Part shown: positions 18,530-24,000 of the stretch, one piece after another
How positions within the stretch are numbered: position 1 is the stretch's first letter
Layout: each line of letters opens with the position of its first letter
Assembly (NCBI RefSeq): GCF_018668795.1
Contig: NZ_JABJBD010000116.1
DNA: 24,000 nt
Source: Candidatus Puniceispirillum sp.
GTDB taxonomy: Bacteria > Pseudomonadota > Alphaproteobacteria > Puniceispirillales > Puniceispirillaceae
Direction: 5' to 3' (one strand)
Notes under the pieces: generated by a model
The model's database searches: none
What the model saw: the letters and a program-made list of their open reading frames with translations, nothing else
Told to the model about the DNA's origin: nothing
Program-made: the position numbers and the translations under genes

Positions 18530-19978
18530 TTACCGGTTGATAATCGTGCTACTAGAAAATGTGCCAAGGGTGGGGATGATCACAACCTCACCCCCGCGCG
18601 CATTGACAATATCTGCGCCGACAACATCTGTTGCTGTATAATCGCCGCCTTTTATGATGACATCGGGCTGTAATATGCTGACAAGATCAAGCGGCGTATC
18701 TTCATCAAACACGGCAACGCCATCAATAAAGGGGAGGGATGACAGCACGCTTGCGCGACTGTCACAGGCCTGCAATGGGCGGCTATTGCCCTTTAGGCGC
18801 TTTACCGAACGATCGCTATTTACCCCTACGATCAGGCGCTCACAATACGAAGCGGCCTGTTGCAACAGATAAATATGTCCCGGATGCAATAAATCAAAAC
18901 ATCCATTGGTAAATCCTATTTTGACACCATTTTCACGCCATTGTCGGCATTGTTCGGCCCAATGGGGCCAGTCAGTCGCAATTTGTGGCGCGTGAAGTTG
19001 GCCAAGAACCTCGCCAGGGCTGACAATGGCTGTGCCAGATTTTGCAACAGCAACACCAGCGGCAAGATTGGCAATATCAACAGCAAGCGGAGGTTCAATA
19101 TTTTGCGCCACACATGCGGCAACTGCGGCGACAACAGTATCGCCAGCACCCGATACATCGAATACGTCCCGGGCTGTTGCTGCCCCATGAATTGTTGTGC
19201 CGCCTGCCATAGTCAAAACCATGCCTCGGGCACTCAATGTTGCCAAAATGGCACCAAGTTCATGTTTGATAACAAGGTCATGCGCGACTGTGACTATATC
19301 ATCTATATCGGTCAGTGTTGCATCACTGGCTGCACGCAATTCGGCCAGATTGGGGGTCAGAATATCCACACCATGATAAGCTGAAAAATCAGCCAGTTTC
19401 GGATCAGCTACAGATTTGATTCCTGCCTTTTTACATAAAGCGACAATCTTCTGAATGATGGTTGGCGTCAGACATCCTTTTGCATAGTCGGAAATAATCA
19501 CCGCATCAACAGCCGGCGTGGATTTCAGGCTGACTTCAATCTGGCTAAGAATGGCTTTGGTCGCATCAGATGCAAGCGGTGACATGTCTTCATCATCAAC
19601 CCGCAAAATTTGCTGGCCTGCCGCCCGATAGCGTGTTTTTAACGTTGTTGGGCGTCCGGCAACTATGTGAGGCAGAAATGTAATTGATGGATTCTTGCCC
19701 AGTTCAGCAACAAGAAGCTGTCCAGCTTCATCGTCACCAATGACGCCGATCAATGTTGTTTTTGCACCAAGAAAAGCCAAATTACAGGCAACATTGGCAC
19801 TGCCGCCTGGCATCTGTTTGACGGCTGATTTTTCTAGAATGGGAACGGGGGCTTCGGGAGAAATGCGGCTGACATGTCCATCGACAAACCGATCAAGCAT
19901 CACATCACCCACAACAAGAATATGGCTGTCTTGAATGGTGCAAAATGCCTGTGAAATGGTAGCAAGGTCAGCAGTCAT
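18530..19978 (-). CDS. hldE: Bifunctional D-beta-D-heptose 7-phosphate kinase / D-beta-D-heptose 1-phosphate adenylyltransferase
   Basis: 482-aa ORF with an N-terminal PfkB-type sugar kinase (VVGDVMLDRF..., DVSGAGDTVVAA) and a C-terminal cytidylyltransferase-like domain (GFTNGCFDLLHPGHIYLL). AAGGAA lies about 10 nt upstream of the ATG. Confidence 0.92.
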   Translation of the reverse strand: MTADLATISQAFCTIQDSHILVVGDVMLDRFVDGHVSRISPEAPVPILEKSAVKQMPGGSANVACNLAFLGAKTTLIGVIGDDEAGQLLVAELGKNPSITFLPHIVAGRPTTLKTRYRAAGQQILRVDDEDMSPLASDATKAILSQIEVSLKSTPAVDAVIISDYAKGCLTPTIIQKIVALCKKAGIKSVADPKLADFSAYHGVDILTPNLAELRAASDATLTDIDDIVTVAHDLVIKHELGAILATLSARGMVLTMAGGTTIHGAATARDVFDVSGAGDTVVAAVAACVAQNIEPPLAVDIANLAAGVAVAKSGTAIVSPGEVLGQLHAPQIATDWPHWAEQCRQWRENGVKIGFTNGCFDLLHPGHIYLLQQAASYCERLIVGVNSDRSVKRLKGNSRPLQACDSRASVLSSLPFIDGVAVFDEDTPLDLVSILQPDVIIKGGDYTATDVVGADIVNARGGEVVIIPTLGTFSSSTIINR

Positions 19979-20025
19979 CCATTCATTTCCTTATTTTGAT
20001 ACGCCTGTATGTTCACGCTTCCGGC

Positions 20026-21360
20026 CTATGTGTTTTGTTTTTTGTCTTGTGCGCGTTTGCGAAATACGGTGGCTGCATTATCTATATTTTTCTGTTTACC
20101 ACGGGCAATAGCAATGGCGTTATCTGGCACATCGTTTGTGATAGTACTGCCAGCACCTACTATGGCGTTTGCACCAATGCTTATAGGCGCAACAAGTGCC
20201 GAATTTGACCCTATAAAGGCGCGATCACCAATAAGGGTTTTAAATTTGTTGGCACCATCATAGTTGCAGGTGATTGTACCCGCGCCAATATTTGCATGCT
20301 CTCCAATCGTTGCATCACCAAGATATGTCAAATGGTTGGCTTTGGCACCATTGGCAAGGTTGGTGTTTTTGGTTTCAACAAAATTCCCAATTTTGACGCC
20401 ATCCCCAGCTATTGTTCCCGGGCGAAGCCGTGCATAGGGACCAATGATACAGCAGGGGCCCAAGCGCGCACCTTCCAGATGTGAGAATGACTTGATTATA
20501 CTGCCTTCACCAATATGCGTGCCTGTACCAATCACGACATGCGGTTCGATAATGACATCCTGTTCGATTACGGCATCTGCAGATAGGAAAACAGTTTCAG
20601 GTGCAAGCATCGTCACACCTTGATCCATAACGATTGAACGCAAACGTGACTGGATGATACCCTCGACCTTGGCAAGGTCAGCACGATTATTGACGCCGAT
20701 GACTTCAGCTTCATCAGTTTCACATGTAGCTACCTTGAGTCCACGTTCATTCGCAATATGAACTATATCGGTCAGATAAATTTCACCATTGGCATTATCA
20801 TCAGAAACCGCGTCTAAAAGGTCAAATATAAGTGGGCATGCAACCGCCATGACACCACCATTTACGAAATCTATCTGGCGTTCAGTTTCATTGGCATCTT
20901 TATGCTCTATAATTGCGTTCAACTGCCCGTCTTCGCTACAGATGAACCGTCCGTATCCACTCGGGTCATCTGCATGAAAGCCAAGCACGGCAATATTGGC
21001 ACCATCTGCAATATGGCGGGTAAGTTGGCTTAGGGTGGTGGCGGTAATTAATGGCGTATCACCAAACATGACCAGCGCAACACCAGAAAATCCCCCCAGT
21101 TTGTCTTTGGCGGCCAATACAGCATGGCCGGTACCACGGGCTTCTTGCTGAATTGCGAATTCAATATCGCCAAGCCAACTTTGGGTTGTTTCCGAATGCT
21201 GGGGTAATACAGTTACGATGCGTTTTGTCCCAAGTGCCTGTGCTGCATTGAGTGACCAACCAAGCATCGGCATACCGCCCACCTGATGAAGTGGTTTTGG
21301 TAAAGCAGATTTCATCCGTGTGCCTTGACCGGCAGCTAGAATAATTGCGACAATGTTCAT
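20026..21360 (-). CDS. glmU: Bifunctional UDP-N-acetylglucosamine pyrophosphorylase / GlcN-1-P acetyltransferase
   Basis: The N-terminus MNIVAIILAAGQGTRMKS is the nucleotidyltransferase signature, and the C-terminal half carries left-handed beta-helix hexapeptide repeats. ORF-track start 21399 adds 13 aa (MFGIWRVSFYKSD), which are unlikely to be real. Confidence 0.93.
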   Translation of the reverse strand: MNIVAIILAAGQGTRMKSALPKPLHQVGGMPMLGWSLNAAQALGTKRIVTVLPQHSETTQSWLGDIEFAIQQEARGTGHAVLAAKDKLGGFSGVALVMFGDTPLITATTLSQLTRHIADGANIAVLGFHADDPSGYGRFICSEDGQLNAIIEHKDANETERQIDFVNGGVMAVACPLIFDLLDAVSDDNANGEIYLTDIVHIANERGLKVATCETDEAEVIGVNNRADLAKVEGIIQSRLRSIVMDQGVTMLAPETVFLSADAVIEQDVIIEPHVVIGTGTHIGEGSIIKSFSHLEGARLGPCCIIGPYARLRPGTIAGDGVKIGNFVETKNTNLANGAKANHLTYLGDATIGEHANIGAGTITCNYDGANKFKTLIGDRAFIGSNSALVAPISIGANAIVGAGSTITNDVPDNAIAIARGKQKNIDNAATVFRKRAQDKKQNT

Positions 21361-21518
21361 GTCACTCTTATAGAATGAAACACGCCAAATTCCAAACAAA
21401 TGCCATTAACTATGCTATGTTTTAGTAAATTGACGCCCTATGTCGAAAAACTGTTGTTACAGCGATGGCATGCCTTTCATTTGCCGCAAAATGTCTTTAT
21501 CAACAAAATATGAATGAG

Positions 21519-21543
21519 CTTGGCATAATCATGCCTTGGCATA
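21519..21543. repeat. Direct 9-bp repeat CTTGGCATA x2 with interleaved GGCAT/ATGCC half-sites, just upstream of glmS
   Basis: CTTGGCATA occurs at 21519-21527 and 21535-21543. GGCAT (21522-21526), ATGCC (21531-21535) and GGCAT (21538-21542) alternate in orientation. A related palindrome GGCATGCC lies at 21467-21474. The glmS SD AGAGG is at 21551-21555. Confidence 0.45.
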
Positions 21544-21562
21544 GATATGAAGAGGTGTGACG

Positions 21563-23383
21563 ATGTGCGGTATTGTTGGGGCGATTGGAAATCAGGCTTG
21601 TAGTCCACTTTTGCTTGATGCCCTAAAAAGGCTTGAATATCGTGGTTATGACAGTTCGGGCATTGTTACGCTTGATGGCGCGACCTTTGACCTTCGTCGT
21701 GCAGTTGGCAAGCTTGTAAATCTTGATGCGGTTCTGACGCAAAACCCACTTTCAGGAACAGTCGGCATTGGTCATACACGCTGGGCAACGCATGGCGGTG
21801 TATCCGAGATGAATGCGCATCCGCATGTGGCATCAGACCGGGTGGCAATAGTCCATAACGGCATTATCGAAAATTATCGACCAATCCGCGCTCGTTTAAT
21901 AGAGCAAGGCCATACATTTGCCAGCGATACCGATAGCGAGGTTCTAGCGCATTTATTTGTCGAGGCCTTTGATGCTGGTCTGGATCCAAGCCAGGCTATG
22001 CAAAAGGTTTTAGCGGAAATCAGAGGCGCCTATGCTTTTGCCGCTATTGCACAAGATTTTCCTGATGTGATTATGGTAGCGCGCAATGCATCACCGTTGG
22101 CAATCGGTCTGGGCGATGACGGCTCTTATATCGGGTCGGATGCAACGGCACTTGCGCATCTGACACGTAAAGTTCTTTATCTCAAAGATCATGATTATGC
22201 GCTTGTGCGTGCAGATGGTGTGGATATTTTTCTCAGCGATGGTACCCCGGCAAACCGCGAGACGGTCATTGTGGCCGCTAGCCCGGGCATGATCGATAAG
22301 GGTGGCTATCGTCATTTCATGGAAAAGGAAATCCATGAACAACCGGATGCCATTCTGAATTCATTAGCAGGCATGACTGGGGATGATGGCCGCATATCAG
22401 CCAAAATGTCGCGTGAACAATTGCAAGCCATTGATGGTATCGTCATGCTTGCGGCAGGTACTAGCCACTATGCGTCACAGGTTGCGCGCTATTGGATTGA
22501 AGGCCTTGCAAAAACCCCAGTGTCTTGTGAAATTGCATCTGAGTATCATTACAGAAATCCGGTAACGACGGGCTTTACGACGGCCATTGCCATTTCACAG
22601 TCAGGCGAAAGTCTTGATACGTTAAAAGCGATGCGCCATGCTGGCTTATGCGGCCTGTCAACCATTGGGCTTGTTAATGTAGAGGGCAGCACGATTGCAC
22701 GTGAAGCAGATGCCGTTTTGCCAACACATGCAGGTCCTGAAATTGGGGTGGCCAGCACCAAAGCCTTTACCGCGCAGCTCACTGTCTTGATAAGCTTTGC
22801 TGTTGCGCTGGCTGAGGCCAAGGGACATATCGATGCAGCGCGGGCTGATACAATCCATGATCAGCTTCAGGCATTACCTGGACTTGTTGGCAAAACATTG
22901 AACCTGTTTGACCATATTCGTCCGATTGCGCATCAATTGAAAAATGCGCGCTCGACCATTTATCTTGGACGCGGGCATCTGTTTCCGGTGGCTATGGAAG
23001 GCGCACTTAAACTAAAAGAACTGAGTTATATCCATGCTGAGGGGTTTGCGTCAGGCGAGATGAAGCATGGGCCGATTGCGCTTATCGAAGATGATTTGCC
23101 TGTGGTGGCGTTGCTTGCGGCGGATGAATTGATGGAAAAGGCCGCCAGCAACCTCAAGGAAGCCAGCGCCCGAGGCGGCAGAATTATCCTGATTGCTGAT
23201 GAACGCGCCGTAAGGGATATTGATTTTGAAGCTGACATCATCACCGTGCCAGCTGTTGATCCGTTACTTGCGCCGATTGTCCTGACCATTCCGGTACAGA
23301 TTCTGGCCTATCTGACCGCGCTGGATAAAGGCACCGATGTTGACCAACCGCGCAACCTCGCCAAATCAGTGACCGTGGAATAA
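21563..23383 (+). CDS. glmS: Glutamine--fructose-6-phosphate aminotransferase (isomerizing)
   Basis: MCGIVG N-terminus (the catalytic Cys follows the initiator Met), so the start is ATG 21563 rather than the track's GTG 21557. It has an Ntn glutaminase domain, two SIS domains and the family-typical C-terminus KSVTVE. Confidence 0.96.
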   Translation: MCGIVGAIGNQACSPLLLDALKRLEYRGYDSSGIVTLDGATFDLRRAVGKLVNLDAVLTQNPLSGTVGIGHTRWATHGGVSEMNAHPHVASDRVAIVHNGIIENYRPIRARLIEQGHTFASDTDSEVLAHLFVEAFDAGLDPSQAMQKVLAEIRGAYAFAAIAQDFPDVIMVARNASPLAIGLGDDGSYIGSDATALAHLTRKVLYLKDHDYALVRADGVDIFLSDGTPANRETVIVAASPGMIDKGGYRHFMEKEIHEQPDAILNSLAGMTGDDGRISAKMSREQLQAIDGIVMLAAGTSHYASQVARYWIEGLAKTPVSCEIASEYHYRNPVTTGFTTAIAISQSGESLDTLKAMRHAGLCGLSTIGLVNVEGSTIAREADAVLPTHAGPEIGVASTKAFTAQLTVLISFAVALAEAKGHIDAARADTIHDQLQALPGLVGKTLNLFDHIRPIAHQLKNARSTIYLGRGHLFPVAMEGALKLKELSYIHAEGFASGEMKHGPIALIEDDLPVVALLAADELMEKAASNLKEASARGGRIILIADERAVRDIDFEADIITVPAVDPLLAPIVLTIPVQILAYLTALDKGTDVDQPRNLAKSVTVE

Positions 23384-23402
23384 TCTGGCTAGGCCAAACA
23401 TC

Positions 23403-23678
23403 ATGCCATCATCACAAAATTCACCAGACTCACAGGAGGCCAAAAATCCATTCAAGGATATGGGGTTTTTCACATTCTGGTTGGTTTCAGCGGTCTTTTA
23501 CCTGACCTTTCCGGTGTCGTTAATCCTCTGTTATCTGATGATGGGATCGATGCGGACAAAACAGCTGCTTCGGGCGCTGGTGAATGATTTTCTGCAAACA
23601 ATCATGATTCTGATTGTCATTGTGGCCATGCTCATCTGGCTGGCTTATCATTACATAGCTCCGCTTTTTGGGGGCTAG
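23403..23678 (+). CDS. Hypothetical small membrane protein (two predicted TM helices)
   Basis: 91-aa ORF 20 nt after glmS with two hydrophobic stretches (FFTFWLVSAVFYLTFPVSLILCYLMM and TIMILIVIVAMLIWLAYHYIA). I recognise no family motif and there is no clear SD. The coding call rests only on ORF length, position and TM-like composition. Confidence 0.45.
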   Translation: MPSSQNSPDSQEAKNPFKDMGFFTFWLVSAVFYLTFPVSLILCYLMMGSMRTKQLLRALVNDFLQTIMILIVIVAMLIWLAYHYIAPLFGG

Positions 23679-23703
23679 CGTTATGGCTGTGGTCTGTCGA
23701 AAG

Positions 23704-24000
23704 CTATTCCTCGGCTTTTAGTGGATCGTCACCATATTGGTTACGGCCTTCATTGCCTTCGGTCACCATGAACAGAATCATCAAAAGCCAGCCAAGAATG
23801 GGAATGAGATAAAGTAACTGCACCCAGCCTGACTTGTTGCTGTCATGAAGCCGTCTTGAGGTTACTGCTATAAAGGGAAAGACCAAACCTATTGTCATCA
23901 ATGTTTTGACCCAGCCAGCCCAGCCCCATCCGGGATGGATGTCCCAATGCGCCTCAAACTGGCCTGTGCCATCATCATTAAACTGGCTTTTGATATGATA
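23704..24000 (-). CDS. DUF805-family inner membrane protein, 5' end outside the window
   Basis: The ORF-track entry 23704..23901 begins at a TTG, but the same frame stays open to position 24000 (YHIKSQFNDDGTGQFEAHWDIHPGWGWAGWVKTL...). The C-terminal part carries the DUF805 signature (SRRLHDSNKSGW...LIPILGW...G..G.N.YG..P). Confidence 0.75.
   Translation of the reverse strand, partial: YHIKSQFNDDGTGQFEAHWDIHPGWGWAGWVKTLMTIGLVFPFIAVTSRRLHDSNKSGWVQLLYLIPILGWLLMILFMVTEGNEGRNQYGDDPLKAEE

Noticed and set aside
21466-21535. Sigma-54-like promoter elements (TGGCAT...TGC) upstream of glmS
   Set aside because: The GG-to-GC spacing is wrong in both candidates: four nt too long at 21466-21485 and one nt too short at 21521-21534. 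RpoN promoters tolerate almost no spacing change.
21361-21562. glmS ribozyme or another known glmS riboswitch in the leader
   Set aside because: The glmS ribozyme is characteristic of Firmicutes and a few other lineages. The region is only about 200 nt and is shared with the divergent glmU promoter. I see no extended nested helices consistent with the ribozyme core. A cmsearch with Rfam RF00234 would settle this.

Overview
This 24-kb window is a densely packed (over 90% coding) block of core housekeeping genes. Gene content and order suggest an alphaproteobacterial chromosome, and GC looks moderate by eye; both points are inference, not computed. Gene order: thyA (3' fragment)-folA; mrp/apbC (-); hflK-hflC-degP; serB (-); miaA; ilvB-ilvN-ilvC; the full rod-shape cluster mreB-mreC-mreD-mrdA-rodA; an SbmA/BacA-family transporter; glmU->hldE on the minus strand; divergent glmS; a small 2-TM ORF; and a DUF805 gene (-) running off the right edge. 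All large ORFs are intact and carry recognisable family motifs. I saw no tRNA or rRNA genes, CRISPR arrays, IS elements, integrases, toxin-antitoxin pairs or defence genes. I cannot support the presence of a novel multi-gene system here; this looks like an ordinary core region. What merits a second look is small cis-acting structure in the few intergenic gaps. (1) A terminator-like hairpin sits inside the ilvB leader, and a second lies between ilvN and ilvC. (2) GGCAT half-sites and direct repeats cluster just upstream of glmS. (3) A strong hairpin precedes degP. (4) A perfect 9-bp inverted repeat precedes mreB. Lesser points are the placement of bacA/sbmA among envelope genes, a C8 tract in mrdA and an internal 17-bp duplication in hflK. 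Several ORF-track starts are upstream over-extensions, and I have moved them to starts with a Shine-Dalgarno (SD) sequence and a family-typical N-terminus.
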